The notes below the pieces were generated by a model. It saw nothing but the letters and a program-made list of their open reading frames with translations, had not been told where the DNA came from and ran no database searches. Shown here piece after piece: positions 1 to 10,220 of a stretch of 64,000 nucleotides of DNA. Where the stretch lies: the NCBI GenBank assembly GCA_965216875.1, contig OZ244207.1, forward strand, positions 928,001 through 992,000, read 5' to 3'. The position numbers and the translations under genes are program-made. Every line of letters begins with the position of its first letter. Position 1 is the stretch's first letter. This stretch comes from Rubripirellula sp. (lineage in GTDB: Bacteria; Planctomycetota; Planctomycetia; Pirellulales; Pirellulaceae).

Positions 1-3000
1 AAACGACCGAAGCGGACAGGATTTCCAGTCGCTGCGTTGAATTGTCGAGGGCTTGATCGGTGATGACCAAGTCGTCCGAGACGCCTTCGGCAGCGGTGTA
101 AACGAGTCGGTAGGTGATGTATTCGCCAATCGCAACATCTTCAAGTAGCGGGTCATCACCTGCGGCGGCGCCGCCAGGTCGCGTAAGCCCTGTTTCGGGG
201 ACATCGGTTGCGAAGATCTGTTTGATGAAACTCGAATAGTTGATGCTGATCGAGTCGGTCGAATGGTGCGCATAGTCATCGAGGGCACCTGCTGGTCCGT
301 CGTCACCTGTGCGCTCGCGGCTGTCGGCGTGATAGACCGACCGAATGGTTGGCGGTTCGTCACTCGTGACGTTGTCATCGATGCTGGTCCAACGCACTCG
401 CGCATCGTCGCTTAGGATTTCGCCAGTGCGGACGTCCTCGCTAAGAGTGCCCGAGATGGTGATGGTGAGTGTTCGGCCCGCAAGCAGGTCGATGTCTGCT
501 GTCGGCACCTCCTCGAGTTCCCAGCCGTTGATGTCGCTGCTGGAAGCGGTCCATTGGAAATCGGCGACCGACGCGCCCGAGTTTCCGGTGATGGTGAAGT
601 TTGGCGCGAGAACCGCTGATCCGGCGACAAGTGATGGCAGGACATCGGAAAAAGCTAGGTCGGACGCGTCGACGCCTGAGGCGTTGGTCAACGTCACAAC
701 GTAGGTCACCGTGTCGCCAGCGTCGCCCGTGGTGATGCCCGAGACGCCAATGTAGGCATCCCGCGCGACCGAGATGGTTGGCTCGACGATCGTCACGACT
801 TGGTCGGTCGTGTGATCGGTGGTGTTGAACGAATTCAGCGAGACGCCGCCGCTCCAGTTGTTGTTGTCGATCCCGTCGTCGTCCCAGGTCAGCGTGGCGC
901 GGTCGGTCGGCGACTCGCCCAATTGCGTGCCCGCTTGGTTTGCCACGACGTCAAGAACGACGGCGCGATACACCACGGTTAACTGGTCATCGGTCGGGTT
1001 GGTCGGATCGTTGGTGATGTCGCCAAAGTTCCACGATAGGTTGTTCGCGCCGAGCGTTTGGGACACCGGAGCGTGCGACGTGCTGACCACATCATGCAGC
1101 GCCATTCCGGCATCGATCACATCCGTTAGGGCGACGTTGTGCGTGATCCCTTGAGTCAAGTCGACGGTGAGCGTGTAGGTGACAAGTTCGCCGATGACCG
1201 CGCGGGTGTGATCATTTGCCGCCGAGTTGATTTCAGTCGTGGTGAGCGATTTGTCGAGTGTTGGATTGGGTGTTGAAAGGAATTCGCTGCGACTGGCTCG
1301 ATAGTCATCAGGAACCCACAACGGATCGAACTCACGTTCCTGGGCACGTTCGGTGACGTCATTGTTGAATGTCGATCGATCAACGTCGTCGAGACCGTTC
1401 ATGCTGGTCCAGTCGACTTCGTGCCAGCTTCGGAATTGGTCACTCGCGGCGACGTCGTCGATCACCGTACCGGTCACGGTGATGGTGATCGTTCGCCCAG
1501 CGATTGGGTCAAGGTCGATGTCGACCGTGTTGCCGGCGCCGATGCGTTGGCCAGTCGGTCCGGCGGCGACGAGATCAAAGAAGGCACCTGGTGTCGATTC
1601 GTTTCCGGCGTCGTCGTAAACATCGATCGAATCGTCGACAACGAACGAGATGTTCCGCAGCAGCGACGACTCGGCGGCAACGTCGTCGATGTAGAACGGT
1701 AGCGTTAACAGAATGTCGGTGTCGTAGGCAGCAACCGTTCCTGTGTTTTCGATCGTCATGGTGTAGGTAACGATCTCGCCCGCTTCGGCGATCTGGTCGC
1801 CGCCCACACTTGTCGTCATCGAGCTGGTGACGGTGATCTCGGGTTCGACGAGCGTGACCACTTGGTCGGTTGTGTCATCCGATTTTTGAGCACCGGCGCT
1901 GCCGTCGGGGAGTTCAAAGTCGAGCAGGGCGGCGCTTGCGGTTGACTCGCCAATCTGCGTTCCCGCGTTGTTGGCGGCGTTGTCGAGCACGACGGCTTGG
2001 TACACAAAGGTGATCGTGTCGTCGGTGCCGATCGCAGGATCGTTGGTCAAGTCACCCAGATTCCAGGTCAACACCTTGCCATCGGCAGTGACGGCATCGG
2101 GTGCCGAACCGCTGACCATACCAACGTAGGCAAGTCCCGGGTCGAGATTGTCCGTCAAGACGACGTCGTTGGTGATCCCTTGTGGAAGCGTAATCACGAC
2201 GGTGTAAGTGACCAGTTCACCGATGGTCGCTTGCGTGTGGTCGTTGCCGGCAAGGTTGATTTCGGTGGTTGTCAGTGTCTTGGTCACTGACGGTTCGGCC
2301 ATCGTGATGCTGGAGCTTGACGATGCCAAGTAGTCGTCGTGCAGCCGCGTCATTGTCGGGTCGTACGAGCGTTCATCCGACTCGGTGTTGTAGGTCGAAC
2401 GGTCGGCGACGTTTCCATCAAGACTTGTGAACGTCGCTCCGGCATCGGTGGTGTAAGTTTCTCCGGCCGCGATGTCAATCGACGCCGTGCCGGTCACGGT
2501 GAAGGTGATCGTGCGTGCGGGATCGGCGCCGCTGAGGTCAAAACCATCGGGGTTGATGATTTGCAGACGCCATCCCTGTGCGTCGCTGCCCGGGTTGGCT
2601 GTGTTGTCGGGGTCGACCCACTCGAAATCACTCGCATCGTAAACGCCAGCGGTGTCGACAACGGTAAGTGTTGGTGCAAGGCCGGGTGTGGTGGTGTGCT
2701 GGATGGCCGTCGATCCGTCATCCAATCGAATCAAATCGAGGTAGCTGTAGACATCGAAAGCATCAACGCCACTCGCATTGCTGAGTGTGAATTCGACGGT
2801 CAGAGCTTCCCCCGCTTCGATCAGCGTATCGCCGGGACCACCATCACCATACACGTCGAGTGTCGTGGTCAATTCCGGTTCGATCACTTCGATGTTGATC
2901 GCACTCCGAGTCACATCGGTGCCGCCGTCATATGACAGGACGGCCGAGTTGTTCAGCAGCGTGTTGGTTTCCGACGGACCGCCTTGGTTGACCGCATCGT

Positions 3001-6000
3001 TGACCACCACAGCCTGATAACGAATCGTAAAACTGTCTGAATCGTTGGATGTCAACGGAGTTGGGTCAAAGATGTCGCCAATATCGAAGGTGACCGTTTG
3101 ACCGCCGGGGCTAACCGTTGTGGTGATGTTGGCTTGATTGATGGCTGCACCACCGACGAGAGCCAAGTCGTCCGTTGTCGTGATGCTGGTGATTCCAACA
3201 AAGGCGAGGCCCGGATCGAGTGTGTCAACGACGAGGACGTTGTTCGCGCGACTTTCGGGGACGTCAACGTACAATTCGTACGTCACCAATTCGCCGATCA
3301 CGACCTGGTCGTCAATGCCGTCGACGTCGATGTCGTTTGCAAACTCGGTGCCGATTAAGGTCTTGGTCAAGTCGAGCGCGCGGCCGGACAGGTTGTCGCT
3401 GTCGAGGTTGCGGTAGTCGTTCTGCGAAAGCGGTACGGGATCGCCGGTTCGTTCGCCATTGATGTCACCCGGTGATCCGGGCGGGTCACTGTCGGTTGGA
3501 TCGCTGCCGCTGGTGTCGCCTTGGTCACCTGCAAGGCTGGTCCACGTCAGGTCGCTCGCGAAAGGATGGCTGCCAGCAGGTGGTAAGTCGTCATCCGCAA
3601 CCACTTGGTAAGTGATCGTGATCGTGTCCCCTTCGGGCAGGTCATCAAACGCCAGATTGACTGACGAACTGGTGCTCGAATCGCTGAATGAAGTCGAATG
3701 CGAGCCACCCAAGGTGATCGAGCCGGTACGCGTGAATCCCGTCGGAATCGACTCGTCGAAAACAAGATCGTATGCATCACTGAAGTTGGTACCCGACGCA
3801 GCTTGAAGCGTCACGGTGACCGAAAAGATGTCGCCGCCGTCGACTTGAGAGAGTGAAAAGACTCGCGAAGCAACGCTGAGCTGTGGTTCAACGACTCGGA
3901 CTTGGTCATTCGCATTGATCGACGTCGTTAGTATTGACGCATCGTTGATAAAAAGCCGTGACCGATGCGATCGGATGTCACCGGCATCGTTAGAGCTGTG
4001 GTTGTCAACAAGGGCGTTGAATTCGATCACCACGTATTCGACATTGGCGTCGTTGTCGGCGTTGATGACATTGCCGAGTTTGAAGTAAACGTCGGTGCCA
4101 CTGTTGTAGGTGTCGGATGTTCCGTTGAGTGAGTTGGCGATGTCTTCATCACCAAATTCACCGTCGGGATCGATGGTTGCCAGCGTCGTTTCATTCCCGA
4201 TGACAAAGGCCGACCCGTCAGAGATATCGGTTGACGTGATGGCGTCGTTGTCGCTGACAAAGGCGATCGTTGCGGTGTCGTCGTCGATGAAGGTCAGGCC
4301 CGTCGGCAACAGCTCGCGAAGGGTGAGGTCGTTGTAGGTTCCTTCGGCCAATTCGACTTCCACTCGGTAACGGACGATTTCGCCGATCGTTGCGTCAACG
4401 ATGCTGCCTGTCACCCCGGTGTGCGATTCGCTTGTGTCGACGATGAACGTGTCGATTGCCGATTCGAACGGAAGGATCGATGCCGATTCGGTCGGTGGCG
4501 TTCCGGTCAAGAAACTCGTGCCACCGTCGCGCGCGGTGTAATCGGTGAGCGTCACATCGTTGGTGTAAGTCGTGTTGGGCTCGGCCGAATCAGCAAGCTG
4601 GACGTCGTAGGTGACGATCAGCGTGTCGTTGGCGGCTCCGGCCGAACCAATCGCGCCGGCATGGTTCGGGTTGAACGCAACAAAGGCTTCAAAGTCGCCG
4701 CCAGCACCGATTCCGCGGCGCTCAGAAACATCGCCAGTCGCTTTGTCGATTTGAAACAGTGAGCTGTCGAACGAGCTGGAATCATTCGAGCCGGTTGTGC
4801 CCCAGAGCCGTCCCCATTGATCGATGCTCAATCCTTGCAGGTCATCGAGCGAAACGCCGCCGTCAGCATAGTCAAACGCGCCAATCACGGAACGTGTTGC
4901 CGTTCCAGCCGACTCGTTGACCATGATCTCGATCAGATTGTCGGATGTGGTCGCAAACACACGACCCGAGAAGTCGATCGCGATATCGTCGATGCGCGAT
5001 CCCGAGACGGTGATGTAGTCGGCTGTTCCACCTGCAAAGGCGTTTTCGATGATTCGGCCGGTCGTCGTGTCGATTTTGAACAGACGGTCGGTCGGTCCGT
5101 CGAGCCCCCACAGTTCGTTGGTGATGGGATTGAACGCAAGGGAGTCCACGTTGTTGAGCGTGTAGCCCACCGCAGCGTCGAATTGGCTGCCGAGTGCTGT
5201 GAATGCGCCGGTTGCCGTGTTGATCGTGCCCAAACGTCCCGGTTCAGCAGCGAAGACGGTACCAGTCACCCAATCACGCGCCATCGCTTCGAGCGACGAG
5301 GTTCCGTAGCTGCCGACGACGGACGCATTGCTGCCCGTGTCGAAGTTGTCGACGCTCTCCATACGGATCAATTGGTGGAATCCGGTGTTGGCACCGAGCA
5401 ACATGCTGATTGAATCGTTGATTCGGATCCCGTCGGCCAACGGGTCGGCTCCGAGAGCGGTCCAGGTCAATTCGTTGCCGTCGGTATCGTAGACACGGAG
5501 GTTGAGTCCACCGGCAGCCGCTTCGAGCCCAGCGGGAAGCAGGTCGGTGAGCGAAATGTCATACGCTTCGGCGCCGCCCACGTTGCGAATGGTGATGGCA
5601 TACTTGACTTGGTCGCGCCCATCGAGGCCGTCCACGTCCGCATCAAGCGGCAGCGCAGCAATGGTTGCCGCGTCGATTTGCGCGGTGTTGGCACCTGCAC
5701 CGGGCAGGCCCCAAACCGAGGCTCGGGATGATTCGGTGATTGCGCTGCCACCGGCAAACAACTCGGTTGCCGTCAGTCCGCCGTTGTTCGCGGTGAACGT
5801 CACATCGGTCGCAGCCAAGCTGCCGACAAATGCGATCCGCATCGATCCGCTTCCGATCGGACCGCCCGAGACAATCACATCACCCTGTTCGACACCCGAG
5901 AGTGCTTCGAGCGCATGGCGGATGTCCGTAGCATCGGCCGTTGAACTCACAGCGGCTGTGGTTTGCCCCTGAAGCGTCATGGTGAACGCGCCCGAAGCCG

Positions 6001-9000
6001 TTCCCGTGATCTGCTGTAGCTCGTTGGCAACCGATGAGGTTGAGTAGGCCGCCGTCGCATCGACCGAAGTGCTTGCGATGCCTTTGATGATTTCGAGCTC
6101 AGGGGCGGACAGCGAAATCTGCACAAGGTCGACGTTGCTGCTAGGTGCACCGCCCGTACTCGCTTCGGACGCCTGAGCCATGTTGGTCAGAAAGAGCCCA
6201 TCGGCAAAATCGGTGTCGCCCACGGTGACCGTGACCAACAAATCGATTTGCGATTGGCTGTTGGTCGTGCCGTCAAACGTTCCAAAGTTGATGGCAAGTG
6301 AATTGCTGTCGACATCGACCGACAAGGTGGGTGCTTGGGAATCATCAAGCCCACCATCGGCCAGGTCCCAAATATCATAAAAGGTGTCGGTGGTCAGGAT
6401 CTCGACCACGCCGGCGCCCATGTTGGTGCTCGTCGTGTCGGCGTCAAACACCCAAGCATCATTCGGATCGGCAGGCACGAAGCCGTCACCGTCAGGGTCA
6501 GCGACAGAAAAGACCGGCAATGGGAAGAAGTCGGTAAGGACCAGATCTTCAAAGTCGGTCGTGGGGAGGTCATAGGTCAACCGGTAGGTGATTCGATCAC
6601 CAGTGGTGATGTTGAGGTTGCTACCGAGCGAGGTGTTGCCGTTGATGGCGTAAAGCTGTTTGGTGAGTGCGCCGACGGGAATGGCAATCGAGGCGGCAGC
6701 GTCATCCGTTTCAGTGTGCCCGGACGCGGGCATCAGTGGATTGAGGAATCGATTGACGTGGTTGTCCGCGGTGAGCGTTGCCGTGTTTGAGATGACATCG
6801 CCTTGGTCGACACTGCGGTCTTCGCTCGAGAGCGGATCAACAAAATCCTCTTGGACTTCGGTGTAGAACGTGATCGTTCCGGTTGCGGTCTCGGAGTCAA
6901 AGATGCCGTCGTCCGCGAGATCGCCTTCCAAAATGCCGTCATCGCCCAAAGCGATCAGGGCTTCGGAAAGGAAAATGCGAATTGCGGTTTGCCCGTCGCT
7001 GGTTGGATTGTCGATTTCGCCAGCTGTTGAATCACCTGGACCACCGTCGGTTGTATCGAGCCGCGACTGGTCGACAACAAACGTGTTGGTTCCATCAAAG
7101 GCAGCGGCAACCGAACCCAAGGTGAACGCGAAATCGCCGGCGCGTGTGATCCCACGATCGGTGACCGAGAAGCGTGCTCGGTTGATCGCGTCACTGAAAT
7201 ACGATTGCCCGTCACTGAGCAGATCATCGATGATCAAATTGCCGTAGGTGTAGTAGTCACTCAGTTGGAACGACAACGTCCATTCGAGCAAACGTCCGGG
7301 CGCGGCAACGCCTCCGCCAACGACTGAGACCGCTTTTTGGATGGCAACGGAACGAACATCAAGCGTGCTCGTCGCGTTTTCGGCAATGGCTCCCCCTGGA
7401 TCGCGCGCATCGGCGGCAGCAAGCGAACCGGAGGCCGTTACCGTGTTCGAAATCTCGGGGCTATTGGGATCGTCTTCGCCCCGATCAGAATCCGCATGGT
7501 TTCCGCCCACCACATAGTCGCTGTTGGCGTCCGTTTCTGGAACGAAGTAGGTGATGGTGACGGTGATGTCGTCGCCGTCGTAGCCGGTAATGTCACTGTC
7601 AGCAACGATCGCGAGTGTATTGCCTGTTTGAGGTCCGCTCGGGTCGACGGTTCCGTAGCTACCAACAAGCCCTGCGTCGTAGGTGACGCCCGCGCCGACT
7701 CCGATCTCGTCTTGGCCAAAGAAATTGCGCAGCCCATCGGTATCGTTGACGTTCGTTGTGAAGTTAACGCCAGCGTTTGCGGCGCCACCCACCGAAACTC
7801 CTGTGATTTGCCCGAGCGCGATGTTGTCGGGTAATGCATCCGTCAACACAAAGTTGCTCAGCACTTGGCCGGTCGGGATATCGACGTTGATCGTGAATGT
7901 CCGCAGCCAATTTGGCCCCGTGACCCCTTCGCCGTTGTCGTCGGTCGTTTGAGTGACGATCAGGCTGGTTGGCGTGACACTTGCCGATTGAGCCCATGAG
8001 GTTGCGTTTGTCCCAACATCGCTCAGCAATGACGGGTCGGTCACGGGGTTGTCCAGTGCATCGTTGCCGTAACGGAATCCTCCGCGAGCGAAGACCGTGA
8101 GTGGAGTTCCGATGTCGGCAAGCGGGCTAATGGGCGCGTCGATGGTCAAGTCGACTTGAGGTTGATCGGTAGCGAACGAGCCGAACGGCAACTCGATGAC
8201 CAGCAGTTGATCGCCAGCTTGTCCAACGACGCTCAACGGCGCCCCTGTGTTGTCGACAGCAAATGGGTGAGCAATCGTCCCGGTCGTGCCTGGACCAGCG
8301 CCATCGTCGTCACCAAAGGTCAACAGGTACGAGGTCAGTTCCAGACCCTGGTAGGTGACTGTCATCCCCGGGGGCAGAATCAATCCATCGGGTTCGCCGT
8401 CGGCTTGGCCATCGGCGGGGGCGACGTCAAAGAGGTTGTACAGCGAACCATCGCCCGTCGTGTCACCGTCATAGATTCCGTCAGCACCCAACTTTGGAAT
8501 CAGCACATCGATGAATGGGCCGAACCCAGTGTCACCCGGCAGCCCCGCGTTGTTGAATGACAGATTGATCGTCGCGTTCTGGCCAGGTTGTGCGCTTCCA
8601 GTGATCGCAACGGTGACGCTTGGCGCGGCGTTCCCGAGCAACGCGACGAACTCGGCCTGAGCAGAGGGCGCAATGGCGACGATCGTTTCGACTTCGCCGG
8701 TTGTGTATTCCAGTACCCAGTCACCGCCCAACGACGCGTGCCCCGTTTGATTGTCACTCGCGGCGACATCAGCACCGGTGAGTTCGGCAAGTTCCTCAAG
8801 GAGTGCTTCGCCCGCGGAGGTCTCCGCGATGTTGCACCCATAGATCAACAGGTCGCCGTCTTCGGTGAAGGCATCGCGCCAAGATTCGAAATTGGCTGAG
8901 TATTGATCAAGCGATTCGAGATCAATCAGCGCATCACCCAACGCGAGTTTGCCAGCGGTTCCGTGGCTGACCAAATGAATCGCCGAAAGATTGGATTGTG

Positions 9001-9802
9001 AACCAAGAAACGCATCGATCTGCGCGAAAGGATCGGCGTCATCGGTCAGCTCCAAGACCAAACGTTCGCGGGTCGTATCGAAGGTGTCGATGTCGGCGAG
9101 GATCGCGTCAAGATCGGTAACCGACGAATCGACGATCACAAGTTCACGAGGGAGCGTTGATCCTGCGATCGAGTGGAGTTGGGGCTCAGGGTGATCGTAT
9201 TCTGCGTCCTCTTCCTGAGGTGGCGCAATCCAACTCATGGTGTCGTCTTGCACATCTCCGTCGGGCAAACCATGCGCGGGCAGTCCACCCTGGCCATGAT
9301 TGGCTAGGGTCGCACCGACAAGGTGTTGGTCACCGATTGGAAGCGGCAGTGCGTCCACCTGGACTTCGATCGGGTTGTGCTCGAAGTGCGCGTCTTCCTC
9401 ATTTGGCGCTTCGATCCAACTCATCGTGTCGTCGGACACACCTTGGTCATCCGCGACGTCGTAGGGCAAACTCTGAAAGCGAATTAGCGGCGCAGGGTCA
9501 TCGTTCAACCCGGTTGAGTTTTCTTCGCCACCGCCAACGATCCATTCGGTGGTGCCTTGATCATCAGCCTCGTCAACCCGCCAAACCTCGCTGGAACTCG
9601 ACCCGTCGTTGGTGGTTTGCTCGCTTGAGGCCCCTTCGGCGTCGCCTTGAGGTTGGTTTGGATCGATTGCATCACCTGCGACGGCTGCATCGATGTCGCC
9701 AGCCATTTCAGGTGGCAAGAAGGGGACGGCTGTGAAAAGGAGCCGTTGCTCGAGTTGTCGGAGCAACAAACGGCGTTTTCGCCTGGAGGTTTGGAAACGC
9801 AT
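1..9802 (-). CDS. Giant secreted/surface adhesin-like protein (>3,260 aa, C-terminus beyond left edge): planctomycete export signature, acidic linker, DUF4347-type domain, multiple DUF11/pilin-D2-like Ig repeats
   Basis: Manual translation from ATG 9802 gives MRFQTSRRKRRLLLRQLEQRLLFTA. The same frame reads ...DQALDNSTQRLEILSASVV at the left edge, and the track lists no stop-terminated ORF in this frame. ~8690-9150 reads ELVIVDSSV...IHLVSHG...DLLIYGCNIA...ADVAAS..TG...LGGDWVLEY (DUF4347-like). Repeats such as TKTL...ATIGELVTYTV.I.LPQG....VVLTDNLDPGL follow. Confidence 0.9.
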   Translation of the reverse strand, partial: MRFQTSRRKRRLLLRQLEQRLLFTAVPFLPPEMAGDIDAAVAGDAIDPNQPQGDAEGASSEQTTNDGSSSSEVWRVDEADDQGTTEWIVGGGEENSTGLNDDPAPLIRFQSLPYDVADDQGVSDDTMSWIEAPNEEDAHFEHNPIEVQVDALPLPIGDQHLVGATLANHGQGGLPAHGLPDGDVQDDTMSWIAPPQEEDAEYDHPEPQLHSIAGSTLPRELVIVDSSVTDLDAILADIDTFDTTRERLVLELTDDADPFAQIDAFLGSQSNLSAIHLVSHGTAGKLALGDALIDLESLDQYSANFESWRDAFTEDGDLLIYGCNIAETSAGEALLEELAELTGADVAASDNQTGHASLGGDWVLEYTTGEVETIVAIAPSAQAEFVALLGNAAPSVTVAITGSAQPGQNATINLSFNNAGLPGDTGFGPFIDVLIPKLGADGIYDGDTTGDGSLYNLFDVAPADGQADGEPDGLILPPGMTVTYQGLELTSYLLTFGDDDGAGPGTTGTIAHPFAVDNTGAPLSVVGQAGDQLLVIELPFGSFATDQPQVDLTIDAPISPLADIGTPLTVFARGGFRYGNDALDNPVTDPSLLSDVGTNATSWAQSASVTPTSLIVTQTTDDNGEGVTGPNWLRTFTINVDIPTGQVLSNFVLTDALPDNIALGQITGVSVGGAANAGVNFTTNVNDTDGLRNFFGQDEIGVGAGVTYDAGLVGSYGTVDPSGPQTGNTLAIVADSDITGYDGDDITVTITYFVPETDANSDYVVGGNHADSDRGEDDPNSPEISNTVTASGSLAAADARDPGGAIAENATSTLDVRSVAIQKAVSVVGGGVAAPGRLLEWTLSFQLSDYYTYGNLIIDDLLSDGQSYFSDAINRARFSVTDRGITRAGDFAFTLGSVAAAFDGTNTFVVDQSRLDTTDGGPGDSTAGEIDNPTSDGQTAIRIFLSEALIALGDDGILEGDLADDGIFDSETATGTITFYTEVQEDFVDPLSSEDRSVDQGDVISNTATLTADNHVNRFLNPLMPASGHTETDDAAASIAIPVGALTKQLYAINGNTSLGSNLNITTGDRITYRLTYDLPTTDFEDLVLTDFFPLPVFSVADPDGDGFVPADPNDAWVFDADTTSTNMGAGVVEILTTDTFYDIWDLADGGLDDSQAPTLSVDVDSNSLAINFGTFDGTTNSQSQIDLLVTVTVGDTDFADGLFLTNMAQASEASTGGAPSSNVDLVQISLSAPELEIIKGIASTSVDATAAYSTSSVANELQQITGTASGAFTMTLQGQTTAAVSSTADATDIRHALEALSGVEQGDVIVSGGPIGSGSMRIAFVGSLAATDVTFTANNGGLTATELFAGGSAITESSRASVWGLPGAGANTAQIDAATIAALPLDADVDGLDGRDQVKYAITIRNVGGAEAYDISLTDLLPAGLEAAAGGLNLRVYDTDGNELTWTALGADPLADGIRINDSISMLLGANTGFHQLIRMESVDNFDTGSNASVVGSYGTSSLEAMARDWVTGTVFAAEPGRLGTINTATGAFTALGSQFDAAVGYTLNNVDSLAFNPITNELWGLDGPTDRLFKIDTTTGRIIENAFAGGTADYITVSGSRIDDIAIDFSGRVFATTSDNLIEIMVNESAGTATRSVIGAFDYADGGVSLDDLQGLSIDQWGRLWGTTGSNDSSSFDSSLFQIDKATGDVSERRGIGAGGDFEAFVAFNPNHAGAIGSAGAANDTLIVTYDVQLADSAEPNTTYTNDVTLTDYTARDGGTSFLTGTPPTESASILPFESAIDTFIVDTSESHTGVTGSIVDATIGEIVRYRVEVELAEGTYNDLTLRELLPTGLTFIDDDTATIAFVSDNDAITSTDISDGSAFVIGNETTLATIDPDGEFGDEDIANSLNGTSDTYNSGTDVYFKLGNVINADNDANVEYVVIEFNALVDNHSSNDAGDIRSHRSRLFINDASILTTSINANDQVRVVEPQLSVASRVFSLSQVDGGDIFSVTVTLQAASGTNFSDAYDLVFDESIPTGFTRTGSITLGGSHSTSFSDSSTSSSVNLAFDDLPEGDTITITYQVVADDDLPPAGSHPFASDLTWTSLAGDQGDTSGSDPTDSDPPGSPGDINGERTGDPVPLSQNDYRNLDSDNLSGRALDLTKTLIGTEFANDIDVDGIDDQVVIGELVTYELYVDVPESRANNVLVVDTLDPGLAFVGITSITTTDDLALVGGAAINQANITTTVSPGGQTVTFDIGDIFDPTPLTSNDSDSFTIRYQAVVVNDAVNQGGPSETNTLLNNSAVLSYDGGTDVTRSAINIEVIEPELTTTLDVYGDGGPGDTLIEAGEALTVEFTLSNASGVDAFDVYSYLDLIRLDDGSTAIQHTTTPGLAPTLTVVDTAGVYDASDFEWVDPDNTANPGSDAQGWRLQIINPDGFDLSGADPARTITFTVTGTASIDIAAGETYTTDAGATFTSLDGNVADRSTYNTESDERSYDPTMTRLHDDYLASSSSSITMAEPSVTKTLTTTEINLAGNDHTQATIGELVTYTVVITLPQGITNDVVLTDNLDPGLAYVGMVSGSAPDAVTADGKVLTWNLGDLTNDPAIGTDDTITFVYQAVVLDNAANNAGTQIGESTASAALLDFELPDGSAGAQKSDDTTDQVVTLVEPEITVTSSMTTSVGGDQIAEAGEIVTYTMTIENTGTVAAYDTDILLTLPFYIDDVAAESSLLRNISFVVDDSIDVYDDAGNESTPGAFFDLVAAGPTGQRIGAGNTVDIDLDPIAGRTITITVTGTVIDDVAASDQFRSWHEVDWTSMNGLDDVDRSTFNNDVTERAQEREFDPLWVPDDYRASRSEFLSTPNPTLDKSLTTTEINSAANDHTRAVIGELVTYTLTVDLTQGITHNVALTDVIDAGMALHDVVSTSHAPVSQTLGANNLSWNFGDITNDPTNPTDDQLTVVYRAVVLDVVANQAGTQLGESPTDRATLTWDDDGIDNNNWSGGVSLNSFNTTDHTTDQVVTIVEPTISVARDAYIGVSGITTGDAGDTVTYVVTLTNASGVDASDLAFSDVLPSLVAGSAVLAPNFTITGNSGASVADFQWTASSSDINGWELEEVPTADIDLLAGRTLTITISGTLSEDVRTGEILSDDARVRWTSIDDNVTSDEPPTIRSVYHADSRERTGDDGPAGALDDYAHHSTDSISINYSSFIKQIFATDVPETGLTRPGGAAAGDDPLLEDVAIGEYITYRLVYTAAEGVSDDLVITDQALDNSTQRLEILSASVV

Positions 9803-10220
9803 TGCTTTGTCTAGCCAGCAGGAGGTCGAAGGGGCGACCCCACATCCATGTACGTCTGGACCCGTCCTGATTGGATGGGACAGGTCCGTGTACGTCTGCG
9901 GTCCGCGCACGCACTTTGCGCGCAGCATGCCATCCGTTGGCATGCAAGGGACCAAAAGTGTTGACGTTGTGAATGGGGGTTCGTCGGTTTCTTCGACCGG
10001 TCCACTCGCACGCCGCAAATTTTCTCGGATCAGAAATCGTTCACTGATCGGTTTGCTAACCGACAATCACAACAAACGCCGTGATCGCTACAACCCGGTG
10101 CACGAAAACCACTCCACGGATGGAAACGGTGACCTAGATTTGATGTGAACCGGCTCGCCATCGGTCTGTCATCGAATGGCCGGAGCCGCGCGCAGTCCTC
10201 GTTGATAGACGCACAACACG

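Noticed and set aside
345..9735. Dozens of short ORFs on both strands in the track
   Set aside because: They overlap the giant minus-strand ORF, which has coherent domain motifs; they are antisense or off-frame shadows.
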